64,000 nucleotides of DNA, from positions 160,001-224,000 of the forward strand of contig CAVZZO010000003.1 of NCBI GenBank assembly GCA_963779755.1. Direction: 5' to 3'. Every line of letters starts with the position of its first letter. Within the stretch, counting starts at the first letter, position 1. A program made the position numbers and the translations under genes. Below, one piece after another: positions 11,904-21,270 of the stretch. The notes beneath the pieces were generated by a model, which was not told where the DNA came from, ran no database searches, and saw only the letters and a program-made list of their open reading frames with translations. The DNA is from an uncultured Gemmatimonadales bacterium (GTDB lineage Bacteria > Gemmatimonadota > Gemmatimonadetes > Gemmatimonadales > GWC2-71-9).

Positions 11904-11994
11904 GATATTTGCGCCTTTTTGGCAGGGCGGACAGACGCGAGGGGAGCGAGTCAGTTGTCCTCGCCCCCCTCGAGTCTGTCCGGAACTGCGGGCC

Positions 11995-12426
11995 TCACGT
12001 CTGCCCCGCCTCCCGGCGCGCGATCATTTTTCTGGTTACTACCCGCTCTCCTTCCACGATGAGGCGCGCGTAGTAGATCCCCGTGGTGACCTCCCGCTTG
12101 CCGTCCCGATAGCGGCCATCCCAGTAGGCGACGAACTTGCCGCAGGACAACTGGAGGCTATTCAGCGTATCGCCTCTCCCCCGCAGTACGGGGGTGGCGA
12201 CCCACTGGGTCAGGACGTTGTAGATCCGCAGGCTGACAACGGGACGATGACCTTTGGCGCAGACCTCCTGGTGAATCTCGAACGGAATCGAAGTTGCCGG
12301 GAAGAACGGGTTCGGCGTGCTCTCTCCCAGTTCGACCCTCGGCGGCGGAGCGCTCTGTGCGCCCGCCGGAGTGCCGGTAGCCAGGAGGAGCCCCACCCAT
12401 AATCCCGGCCGCGTCCACCGGAACAT
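11995..12426 (-). CDS. Secreted protein consisting of a single FlgD-Ig / T9SS C-terminal-like domain
   Basis: Signal peptide ending AGA-Q, then PNPF...T.I.F.I, V.LRIYNVL, WDG.....V..GIYY.RL. Confidence 0.6.
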   Translation of the reverse strand: MFRWTRPGLWVGLLLATGTPAGAQSAPPPRVELGESTPNPFFPATSIPFEIHQEVCAKGHRPVVSLRIYNVLTQWVATPVLRGRGDTLNSLQLSCGKFVAYWDGRYRDGKREVTTGIYYARLIVEGERVVTRKMIARREAGQT

Positions 12427-12553
12427 GCGGACTCCTTACAGGATCAGGGTCGGATTGCCGCCTCCATGGCTGGGTGGGAACCGGCCGGCAAAGCCGGGCC
12501 TGTCAGGAAAATAGCGCCCAACCGGGTTGGGAGAAAGACGGATCCGTGGCTGC

Positions 12554-14704
12554 TCAGGGTCCCGGCCTTGCCGAGTCCACCCCGAGGTTTTGCAGGGCAA
12601 AGGCCCATCGATCGGCGTACTCGGCGATCTGCTTGTCCGTCGGCCGGTAGCCGTGACTTCCCTCCGTTTCAATTCGCACCAGGATCGGATGGTCGCAGGC
12701 CTGGGCGTGCTGCAGGGCCGCCGTGAACTTGTAGGTATGGCTGGGCACCACGCGGTCGTCATGGTCGGCGGTGGTCAGCAGGGTCGCCGGGTAGCAGGTG
12801 CCCGGGCGAACGTTCTGCAGGGGCGAATAGTGGATCAGCCACTGAAAGGCGGTGGAATCATCCGATGCCCCGTATTCCGGCACCCAGAACGCGCCGCCGG
12901 TGAATTTCTGGTACCGCAGCATGTCCATCACGCCCACCGCGGGAAGTGCGACGCCGGCCAGCCCCGGCTGCTGGGTCATGACCGCGCCGACCAGCAGGCC
13001 GCCATTGGAGCCGCCGAACATCGCGAGCCGCGACGGTGAGGTGTAGCCCCGGTCGATCAGGTAGCGCGCCGCGGCGATAAAGTCGTCGAAGACGTTCTGT
13101 TTGTTCTCCCGCATGCCGGCGCGATGCCACGCCTCGCCATACTCTCCCCCACCCCGGAGGTTGGGGACGGCAAACACCCCGCCCAGATCGAGCCAGCCCG
13201 CAAAGGCCGGGCTGTAGAACGGCAGCACGCTGATATCAAACCCGCCGTAGGCGTAGAGCAGCGTGGGATTCCGGCCGTCGAGCGTCACGTCCTTCCGGGC
13301 GACGATGAACATCGGGACGCGGGTCCCGTCCTTCGACGGATAGAAGACCTGCCGGATTTCGTACGGTGTCGCGTCGAATGCCGTGGTGGGCGCGTCGAAC
13401 GCGGTGCTCCGGCCGGTTCGCAGATCGTAGTGGTAGATGGTGCCGGGTTGCAGGAAGGAGGCGAACCCGTACCAGAGCTCGGGCGTGTCCTCGCGGCTGC
13501 TGAGGCCCGTCACGGTGCCGATCCCCGGCAACGGAATGGAATCGAGCAGGCGACCGTCCCGGGCATAGAGATCCAGGCGGCTCTTGACGTCCACCAGTGT
13601 CTGCACCACCAGCCGGCCGCCGGCCAGCGCGGCGGCTTCGATGACCCGGGGGCCGGCGGGAATGACCGTGCGCCAGTGGCTCCGCGCCGTATCGGACAGC
13701 ACCAGGGCGACGACCCGCCGGTTGGGCGCACCCAGGGTAGTCCGCAGATAGACGGTATCTCCCACGTTGCCCATGACCGAGTATTCCGCGTCCGGCCGGG
13801 GCGCGAGGGCGCGTACCGGCCCTGAGAAATCGGGATGCCGGGGATCGCCCAGGTCCTGGTAGTACAACTCGTTCTCGGTTCCGCCCGGGCTCACGTAATA
13901 CCAGAGGAAGCGCCCGTCTTCGGAAACCCCGCCACCCACGAAGAGCCGCGGATCGTCGGGACGCTGGTAGAGGAGCCGGTCCGAACTCTGCGGCGTTCCC
14001 AGGCGATGGTAGTACACCTTACCCTGGGTATTGGCTTCGCTCAGCTCGCGCCCCTGCTCCGGCGCGGCGAACCGGGAATACACAAATCCGCGGCTGTCCC
14101 GGGTCCAGCTGGCGCCGGAGAACTTGATGTCCCGCAGCGTGTCGGGGAGATCGGCACCGGTGGCGAGATCCCGGATGAACCAGTTCTGCAGGTCGGAGCC
14201 GCCGGTCGCGAGGCCGTAGGCCATATAGCGGCCGTCGGGGGAGACGCTGAACGAGCTGAAGGCGACGCTCCCGTCGGGCGAGAGCGCGTTGGGGTCGAGC
14301 ACCAGCCGGGCGGTGCCGGCGAGCGAATCCCGGGCGTAGAGCACCGACTGCGGCTGCAGCCCGTTATTTCTGCGGTAGAAGATGCGCCCGGCTTCCCGGC
14401 CCGGCAGGGAGACGCGCGGGTAGTTCCAGAGACGGGTGAGCCGGTGCCGGATCCGTTCCCGGTCCGGCAGCCGGGCCAGGTAGGCCCGGGTCAGTTCGTT
14501 CTCACTGGTGATCCACGATCGGGTGGCGGGCGAGCCCTGGTTTTCCAGCCAGCGATAGGGCGCGGGCACGCGGGTGCCGAAGTAGGTGTCCACCACCGAA
14601 TCGCGCGGAGCGAGCGGATAGTGCCCCTGCTGCCCCCGGAGTGATGCGGGCAGGAGCAGGAGCACGAGCAGCCGGCCGGCCATGCGCGGAACCGACGATA
14701 GCAT
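12554..14704 (-). CDS. Prolyl oligopeptidase (S9A), secreted
   Basis: PYRWLE, SKDGTRVPMF, YAYGGF, NLRGGGEYG, GGSNGG catalytic Ser, ADHDDRV, GSHG. Confidence 0.95.
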   Translation of the reverse strand: MLSSVPRMAGRLLVLLLLPASLRGQQGHYPLAPRDSVVDTYFGTRVPAPYRWLENQGSPATRSWITSENELTRAYLARLPDRERIRHRLTRLWNYPRVSLPGREAGRIFYRRNNGLQPQSVLYARDSLAGTARLVLDPNALSPDGSVAFSSFSVSPDGRYMAYGLATGGSDLQNWFIRDLATGADLPDTLRDIKFSGASWTRDSRGFVYSRFAAPEQGRELSEANTQGKVYYHRLGTPQSSDRLLYQRPDDPRLFVGGGVSEDGRFLWYYVSPGGTENELYYQDLGDPRHPDFSGPVRALAPRPDAEYSVMGNVGDTVYLRTTLGAPNRRVVALVLSDTARSHWRTVIPAGPRVIEAAALAGGRLVVQTLVDVKSRLDLYARDGRLLDSIPLPGIGTVTGLSSREDTPELWYGFASFLQPGTIYHYDLRTGRSTAFDAPTTAFDATPYEIRQVFYPSKDGTRVPMFIVARKDVTLDGRNPTLLYAYGGFDISVLPFYSPAFAGWLDLGGVFAVPNLRGGGEYGEAWHRAGMRENKQNVFDDFIAAARYLIDRGYTSPSRLAMFGGSNGGLLVGAVMTQQPGLAGVALPAVGVMDMLRYQKFTGGAFWVPEYGASDDSTAFQWLIHYSPLQNVRPGTCYPATLLTTADHDDRVVPSHTYKFTAALQHAQACDHPILVRIETEGSHGYRPTDKQIAEYADRWAFALQNLGVDSARPGP

Positions 14705-14706
14705 GA

Positions 14707-16557
14707 TCAGTCTCCTCGGGAAGCGTTGACCCGGCGCACATCGCCGGTGCGGGTGGTGATACCCCGCCGGTCGGCCCATTCCAGCAGCGGGATGAGATAC
14801 TTGCGGCTGAGCCCCAACCGCTCGCGCAGGCGCGCGGGTGTGACCTCGCCGCCGTCTCTGGCGAGCTCGCGCAATGCGGCCTCGAAACCCTGCAAGGCCT
14901 CCCGGGAATAGTACCTGCCCTCCTCCACCGGTTCGACCCTGCCCTCCCGCGCCGCGATCCGCAGGGCCGCGCCCGCGTCTGTCAGCCCGGTTTCGGCCGC
15001 CAGCTCGGTCACCGTGGGCGGCGCCAGCCCGGCCGCCGTGACCGCGGCCACCAGCCGGTCCACCTGTCCCGCGCCGCCGGCCACCGCGGGCTCAAAGCCG
15101 GGCAGATGAGCCACACCACCGTTCTGCACCACCTGCCCATGCTTCTGCCGGTCGGCCAGGACCGCATCGGCCAGCCACGCGGGCGCGCGCAGCAACTGCC
15201 GGAGCGAGGCAAGCGGCATTCCCGGATCGCTGGGATGCTGCCGCTGATAGCGGCTCAGCGCCTCCTGGATGCGCGTCGCCAGGTCCGCCATGCGACGGGG
15301 CAGCACCAGCCGTTCGCCGATGCGCCGCACGCTCGCGCGCTTCACTACCCCTTCCACGGCGGCCGGCGCGATGCCCAGCAGGATCGGCAGGCTGCTCAGT
15401 TCGATCCCGTCAGGCCGGCGCTCCAGGAGCGCGCCCAGCCGCTCGACCGGCTCGGCTGACGCCAGTTCGGCGGGCCAGGCCACCCGGCGACGGGCGGGAG
15501 AGGGGTCGAGCACCCAGCCACCGGCGATGGTGGTCACCGGGCTGTAGCTTCGGAGGACGAGGCGATCGCCGCCCCGAGCGGCGATCGGGGTCTCCAGCGC
15601 GAGCCGCACCAGACCCTCCTCGCCCGGCTCCAACCTGCCCCGCGGATAGGCCCGCGCCAGGAGCTCCGCCGTGCCCAGGTGCAGATGGAGCCGGGTCCGG
15701 GTGGTGAGCGGCCGGGGGGTCTCGGGCAACAGCCGTAGCCAGACATCGAGAATCCCGGAGGGGACCCAAGGATCGCCCGCCGAAACCAGGAGCTGTCCCC
15801 GCTCGGCCTCCTGCCGGTCCACACCGGCCAGGCCGATCGCGGTGCGAAACCCGGGGGCCGCGCGTTCCGCCTGGCGTCCGTGCATCTCGATCGAGCGGAC
15901 CCGCGCCTCCCGGCCGGACGGCATGAGGCGCACCGCGTCGCCCACGCCCAGCGTGCCGCTCCAGGTAGTGCCCGTCACCACCGTTCCGACGCCCGGCAAA
16001 GAGAAGACCCGGTCGATCGGCAGCCGGAAGAGGTCCGACCCGGGTCGCGGTTCCGCTGCCAGTGCGGCGGCGCGGATTCGCTCGCGCAGTTCCGGCACAC
16101 CGGCACCGGTGCGCGCGGAGACCACTGCGGGCGGGTCGAAGCGAATCGGGGAACGGGCCAGCCGCTCGGCCAGCTCGAGCTGCACCAGTTCCAGCCAGTC
16201 GGCGTCGGCCAGGTCGGCCTTGGTGATAACGGGGATACCCCGGGGGATGCCGAGCTGCTCGGCCACGGCCAGATGTTCCAGCGTCTGGGGCATGACTCCC
16301 TCGTCGGCGGCAACGACGAGCAGCATCAGGTCCATGCCCGAGGCACCCGCCACCATGGTGCGGACGAAGTCTTCGTGCCCCGGCACATCCACCATGCCTG
16401 CCAGCCGTCCACCGCCCAGGTCGAACGGTGCGAAATTCAATTCGATGGTTATGCCCCGCCTGCGTTCCTCCTGCAGGCGGTCCATCCGGGCGCCGCTCAG
16501 CGCCTCGAGCAGGGCCGACTTGCCGTGATCGATATGCCCAGCCGTCCCGATGATCAC
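14707..16557 (-). CDS. selB: Selenocysteine-specific elongation factor
   Basis: IIGTAGHIDHGKS, RGITIEL, DVPGHEDFVRTM, TKAD; C-terminal SECIS-binding winged helix LGLSRKYLIPLLE. Confidence 0.95.
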   Translation of the reverse strand: MIIGTAGHIDHGKSALLEALSGARMDRLQEERRRGITIELNFAPFDLGGGRLAGMVDVPGHEDFVRTMVAGASGMDLMLLVVAADEGVMPQTLEHLAVAEQLGIPRGIPVITKADLADADWLELVQLELAERLARSPIRFDPPAVVSARTGAGVPELRERIRAAALAAEPRPGSDLFRLPIDRVFSLPGVGTVVTGTTWSGTLGVGDAVRLMPSGREARVRSIEMHGRQAERAAPGFRTAIGLAGVDRQEAERGQLLVSAGDPWVPSGILDVWLRLLPETPRPLTTRTRLHLHLGTAELLARAYPRGRLEPGEEGLVRLALETPIAARGGDRLVLRSYSPVTTIAGGWVLDPSPARRRVAWPAELASAEPVERLGALLERRPDGIELSSLPILLGIAPAAVEGVVKRASVRRIGERLVLPRRMADLATRIQEALSRYQRQHPSDPGMPLASLRQLLRAPAWLADAVLADRQKHGQVVQNGGVAHLPGFEPAVAGGAGQVDRLVAAVTAAGLAPPTVTELAAETGLTDAGAALRIAAREGRVEPVEEGRYYSREALQGFEAALRELARDGGEVTPARLRERLGLSRKYLIPLLEWADRRGITTRTGDVRRVNASRGD

Positions 16558-17315
16558 GCGCGCTCCCAGGGCCGGTCCAGCCAGAACTGCAGGGCCGGCA
16601 GCGATCCGCCCTCCGCCAGGTGGTGCCGGATATAGCGGCCCAGGAGACGCCGGTGCGCGGCGGCGCGCGGCGCGTCCATCGGCGGCGGATCGCGGTCGGG
16701 TTGCAGCAGCACCTCCAGGTCCGCGCGGTCGGCGGCCCGGAGCCGGGCCGCCTCCGTGACGCCCCGGGCGCAGCCGGGACAGAGCGCGCCGCCATCGCGG
16801 GCGCTGAAGACCAGGCCGCCCTCCGGCAACGCGGCGCCGTCGCGCACGCAGAAGTCGAGGGCGGGACTGAACCCCAACTCGGCCACCAGCAGCCAGACTG
16901 CCCGGAGCGCGACCGGCTCGACCGACGCGGCCGCGGTCTGTTCGATGGCATCCAGGCCGGTCTCCAGCGCCAGGTACGCTTCCGGATGGGCCTCCGCCGG
17001 CGCGAATCGCAGTATCACCTCAGCCAGGGCCGCCGCCGCCGCGTACCGGGGCATCTCGCGCGTCACCCCGATCCGCACCCGGAAGGGATCGAACGCCGTC
17101 AGCAGCTGGAGATCGCGGTGGGCATGCAGAATGAGGCTCGCTTCCCCGCCGCTCAGCACCTGGAGCGCGGCACCGAACCGGCTGCGCGGGCGGGAGGCGC
17201 CCTTGGCGATGGCGCTCTGGACCCCGTGATCGCGCGTGGCCAGTCGCACGATCTTGCTGGTCTCGCCATAGCGGAAGGCGGTGAGAATGATGGCCGGCGT
17301 GATGGTCGAGGGCAT
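16554..17315 (-). CDS. recO: DNA repair protein RecO
   Basis: YGETSKIVRLATRDHG...AKGA.RP.SRF, GFSPALDFCVRDG, GGALCPGC. Confidence 0.93.
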   Translation of the reverse strand: MPSTITPAIILTAFRYGETSKIVRLATRDHGVQSAIAKGASRPRSRFGAALQVLSGGEASLILHAHRDLQLLTAFDPFRVRIGVTREMPRYAAAAALAEVILRFAPAEAHPEAYLALETGLDAIEQTAAASVEPVALRAVWLLVAELGFSPALDFCVRDGAALPEGGLVFSARDGGALCPGCARGVTEAARLRAADRADLEVLLQPDRDPPPMDAPRAAAHRRLLGRYIRHHLAEGGSLPALQFWLDRPWERA

Positions 17316-17330
17316 GCGAGCGAATACTAC

Positions 17331-17391
17331 GGTGAAAGGGAACGGGAGAACAGGGAACCGGACGCTTCCCGGTCCCCTGTTCCCCGTTCCC
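17331..17391. repeat. Inverted pair of 7-nt tandem repeats (GGGAACR / YGTTCCC)
   Basis: gtgaaag ggaacgg gagaaca gggaacc ... cggtccc ctgttcc ccgttccc. Confidence 0.85.
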
Positions 17392-18446
17392 TACTGGGGC
17401 GGGATCATCGTCACCGCGGCCGCGATGGAGCATTCCCCCAGCGACACGCTGCCCGATTCGGTCAGGTCGGTTCGGAGGATGTGCGCGGTGCCGGGCTGGC
17501 CGCCCTGGCAGGGGCCGGTACTGATGGCGTAGATCCGGCCCTCGCTGTCTACCGCCACCGAGGAATTGCCGGGAATACCGATGCCGTTCCCCGCCCCCAG
17601 GACGACGGTCCGGGTGTGAATATCGAACTCCATCAGGCCTTCGCTGAACGAGCTGATATAGAGCCGGTCGCCGCCGTCGCTCGCCATGGCGCCGGGCGCG
17701 GTGCCGAAGCCGGCAAAACTGGCCAGCTCCTGCCGGCCCACGGGGTCGACGATCGACAGCCGCCCTTCGCCCTGGGAGTAGCTGCCGGAGCTCATCACAT
17801 AGAGCAGTCCGTCGCCCCCCACCGCGGCGAAGCCGGCATTTCCCGGCCCCGGCAGCGGAATGGAATCCACATCGTCGGCGAGCGCGTTGGTGGCCGGATC
17901 GACTACGCTGATCCAGCTGGGCCCGGCCGGCGCGAACTGAACCAGATTGCCGTTCAGGACAAAGATCTTCCCCCGGGTATAGACCACATTCTGGGGGTAG
18001 ACCCCGACCGCCACGCTGGCGGTGTCTCCCGTCCGGTAGTTCACCCGGGTTACGCTGTTCAGGTTCGGATTGGCCACGTACGCAATGGAATCATCCACGA
18101 TGGCCGCGCCGGTGGCGCCCGACCCGGCCGGCAGCGGAATACGCCGCGCCACCTGCTGGGACTGGAGGTCCACCACCGCCACGCTGTTGTCCAGGCCGAG
18201 CGGCACCAGGGCCCAGGCGTTCCGGGCGGTCACGGTCGTCGGCGTCGGTGTGGTTCCGCCGAGCGGGATGGTGACCGCCGCTCCGGGATTGTGCACCGGC
18301 ACCATGCTGAGCGACGATTCGGTGCTGTTCACCACCAGCAGGACTTCATCCGGCGGAGGAAGCGGCGCAGTGGTATCGGCGCAGGCGGCGGCAACCAGGA
18401 GGGCAGCCGCGGCGAGGGACATCCGGAAACCGAGCGCGGTGGTCAT
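17391..18446 (-). CDS. YncE-like beta-propeller lipoprotein (possible BtuG-like cobalamin-binding surface protein)
   Basis: Lipobox VAAAC; repeated blades (NSVAVVD, YVANP..NSVTRVN, VAVGVYP, ISVVDP); last gene of the B12 operon. Confidence 0.7.
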   Translation of the reverse strand: MTTALGFRMSLAAAALLVAAACADTTAPLPPPDEVLLVVNSTESSLSMVPVHNPGAAVTIPLGGTTPTPTTVTARNAWALVPLGLDNSVAVVDLQSQQVARRIPLPAGSGATGAAIVDDSIAYVANPNLNSVTRVNYRTGDTASVAVGVYPQNVVYTRGKIFVLNGNLVQFAPAGPSWISVVDPATNALADDVDSIPLPGPGNAGFAAVGGDGLLYVMSSGSYSQGEGRLSIVDPVGRQELASFAGFGTAPGAMASDGGDRLYISSFSEGLMEFDIHTRTVVLGAGNGIGIPGNSSVAVDSEGRIYAISTGPCQGGQPGTAHILRTDLTESGSVSLGECSIAAAVTMIPPQ

Positions 18447-20473
18447 GGCAGGTCCAGGGCAATGGTCAGGCTGAGGGAGCGTCCCGGCGTGGGGTAGCCG
18501 GCGATATACTCCGGGCGAGCATCGGTGAGGTCATTCAGCGCCAGCTGGAGCCGCAGGGCTTCCGTCAGCGCGCGTTCCAGGCTCAGGTCCAGCACATCGA
18601 GGGGGGGTAGCGGATTGGTGCCGGCGCTGTTGGGGAAGCGCCGGCCCAGGTGATGCCACCAGGCGCCGAGCCGCCAGCCTGGTGGCGACCAGGAGGCGCC
18701 CAGCGTCTGGGTGAATCGCGGCCGATAACGAACCTGCGCGCCGCCCGGCGTATCATAGGTGACGGCGCTCCACTGGGTGTGGCCGCTCACCAGGAGCGCG
18801 GCCATCGGGCGCCACTCCATGCCGAGCGAAGCGAGCCGCCGCCACACGTCGAAATTCTGCGGGCTCCAGACAAAGCGAAAATCCGGGCTCCACAAGACCA
18901 TATCGGCGACATGCGCGATCGATCCGTCAAGATCGACGCGAATCGCGCCAGGCGCGCCCCGAATCTCCCGGCTCAGCCCGGCGCTGGCCTCCCACTGTAC
19001 CCGCTCGGGACGGAGGTCGGGATTCACGCGTACGCCGACGCCCTCCCGGAACAGGAGATCGGCCAGGACCGGGATACTGGTCCCGCTGCCCAGGCCGACG
19101 GTGATCCGGGTGGGCCCCCGCTGCAGCGCCGCGTCGAGACGCGCGCTCACGGCCGTCTTGGCCGCGCCCGACCACCCATCGACCCGCAGCGAAGGGCTCA
19201 GTCTCAGCGCCCCCCGTTCGAGGTCCAGCCCGAGACCGGCTCCCCCCCGGGTGAAGCTGGCCCCGGAGCGGACCGCGTCACCCCGGAAGCGGTCGTGCCG
19301 CGCGTCGGCCCCCAGGCGGTATTGTCCGCGCCAGCCGGCCAGGGTGACAACCCGGTGCCAGCCGAACTCCGCGGAGAACCCCACGCCTTCGGTGGCGGCG
19401 TCGTACGCGATGAACCCGGGCGGCGGATTGCCGTCCCGCGCGCGGGTGCGCAACCATTGCGCGGACGCCTTCAGGTCGACCGTCCCACGATGGCTGAGGC
19501 CCAGAAAGGCGGACCGATCGCTCGCGTCGGCGGCCGGCGTCGGATTCGTGGTGGTACCCGGCAAGCCCCGATCGGAGGCGCTGGCCCGGAGAGTCGTCTC
19601 CCAGCTCCCTTCGGTGCGCAGGTGAAGGCGGTAGAGCGTACCGCCGGCATTGAGCCGGGTGGCCTCGCCTCCGCCGGGTGTGGTGTAGCCGAAATCCCGG
19701 GGCGACTGCTCGATCGAGAGCGATGCGCTGAGCCCGCTGCGGGAGAGCGCAACCCGCGCTCCCCGGCTCTGATTGCTCCCGGCCCACAGGCTGGCCTGGG
19801 GCGACAGCCGCGATCTGGTGGTGATGGCGAGTACGCCGCTCACCGCGCGCCCACCTCCTCCGGTGGTCTGCACTCCCGATGCCAGGCGCACCCGCTCGAC
19901 GTCGCGAGTGCTGATCTGGCCGAGGTCGGCCCGACCGGTAAGGGGATCGTTCAGCGGGAAACCGTCCACCGTCACCAGCAGCTCGTCCGGGCCGCCACCC
20001 GGAGCCTGGGGCTCTGCCGGCCCGGCACCATCGCGCCGAACCACCAGCAGACCCTGCCATCCGTCCAGCGCCTGCGCCAGGGTCCGGCCACGCGTCTGCA
20101 GCGCCACACCCGTGATGGTCGCACCACCGGCCGCCGCGTTTGCGATCAGCGGCTCCAGCGCAACCGGTGCCGCCCGGAGGGCGACCGTCAGGCTGACCGA
20201 TTCGCCCGGCGTTATGTCCACCGGCCGCTCGGCGGCGGCGTATCCCAGCGCGCCGACCCACAGCCGCAGATACCCGGCCGTAACGGCCTCAAACCGGAAG
20301 CGGCCCTGGGCATCGCCATCCCGGGAATCGGCGCCCAACCGGACGCGGGGATAGGGCACCGGTGCCCCGGTGGACTGATCAACCACCTGGCCCGTCAGCC
20401 GGGCCGGCGCCTGCGCCTGCAGCGGGAGCACCGGCAGCAGGATCAGCAGGAGCGCCGGGACCAGGCGGTTCAT
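18443..20473 (-). CDS. TonB-dependent receptor, probably for cobalamin
   Basis: Signal peptide, carboxypeptidase-regulatory-like N domain, plug (VTVDGFPLNDP, GVLAITT), NPDLRPE, NDLTD..P.YIAGYPTPGRS. Confidence 0.85.
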   Translation of the reverse strand: MNRLVPALLLILLPVLPLQAQAPARLTGQVVDQSTGAPVPYPRVRLGADSRDGDAQGRFRFEAVTAGYLRLWVGALGYAAAERPVDITPGESVSLTVALRAAPVALEPLIANAAAGGATITGVALQTRGRTLAQALDGWQGLLVVRRDGAGPAEPQAPGGGPDELLVTVDGFPLNDPLTGRADLGQISTRDVERVRLASGVQTTGGGGRAVSGVLAITTRSRLSPQASLWAGSNQSRGARVALSRSGLSASLSIEQSPRDFGYTTPGGGEATRLNAGGTLYRLHLRTEGSWETTLRASASDRGLPGTTTNPTPAADASDRSAFLGLSHRGTVDLKASAQWLRTRARDGNPPPGFIAYDAATEGVGFSAEFGWHRVVTLAGWRGQYRLGADARHDRFRGDAVRSGASFTRGGAGLGLDLERGALRLSPSLRVDGWSGAAKTAVSARLDAALQRGPTRITVGLGSGTSIPVLADLLFREGVGVRVNPDLRPERVQWEASAGLSREIRGAPGAIRVDLDGSIAHVADMVLWSPDFRFVWSPQNFDVWRRLASLGMEWRPMAALLVSGHTQWSAVTYDTPGGAQVRYRPRFTQTLGASWSPPGWRLGAWWHHLGRRFPNSAGTNPLPPLDVLDLSLERALTEALRLQLALNDLTDARPEYIAGYPTPGRSLSLTIALDLP

Positions 20474-21270
20474 GAGGCCGCTCCCGACCGTTCGCCCGGT
20501 CGCAGCGGAATCACCTGCGGGCTGCCGTCCTCCCACCGGGCCACCGCCACGGGCCAGCGGAACACGCGGGCGAGCACCTCTTCGGTCAGCACCGCGGCCG
20601 GGGGTCCCTCGGCGAGGACGCGTCCGCCGGCAAGGAGGACCATCCGGGTGGCATAGCGGGCGGCAAGATTCAGATGATGCGTAATGACCAGGGCGCCGAG
20701 TCCCTCGGCCACCAGCCGTGCGATCAGTTCGAAGACTTCCATTTCATAGTGCACGTCGAGGGAGGCGGTCGGCTCGTCCAGCAGCAGCGCCTGGGGCCGC
20801 TGGGCCAGTGCCCGGGCGATCCGGACCCGCTGCCACTCGCCGCCCGAGAGCGTATCGGTGCGCCGGTCGCCCAGGGCGAGCACGTCACAGCGGCCCATCG
20901 CCTCGCGCACGCGGGCGTGGTCTTCCGCCGTGGCGGGCGCCAGCGGGCCCAGATGGGCATAGCGCCCCAGCATGACCGCGTCGCTGACCCGCAGCGGGAA
21001 TATGGTCTCCTCCCGCTGGCCGACCACGCCGATGATGCGGGACAGCTCCGCTCGGGTCCAGAGCGCGCGGTCGCGGCCTGCCACGGTGACGCTACCGCGG
21101 GTCCGCGGCGCGGTTCCCAGGATGGCCCGGAGCAGCGTGGTCTTTCCCCCGCCGTTGGGGCCCACCACGGCCAGCAGTTCTCCCGCGTCGAGGCGGCAGT
21201 CCACCCCTTCCAGCGCCAGGGTATCGCTGCCGGGATAGCGGACCGTGAGATCGTGCGCGTCGAGGATCAT
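20470..21270 (-). CDS. ABC transporter ATP-binding protein (BtuD/FecE type)
   Basis: GPNGGGKT, LSGGEWQRVRIARALAQ, LLLDEPT, HHLNLA. Confidence 0.93.
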   Translation of the reverse strand: MILDAHDLTVRYPGSDTLALEGVDCRLDAGELLAVVGPNGGGKTTLLRAILGTAPRTRGSVTVAGRDRALWTRAELSRIIGVVGQREETIFPLRVSDAVMLGRYAHLGPLAPATAEDHARVREAMGRCDVLALGDRRTDTLSGGEWQRVRIARALAQRPQALLLDEPTASLDVHYEMEVFELIARLVAEGLGALVITHHLNLAARYATRMVLLAGGRVLAEGPPAAVLTEEVLARVFRWPVAVARWEDGSPQVIPLRPGERSGAAS

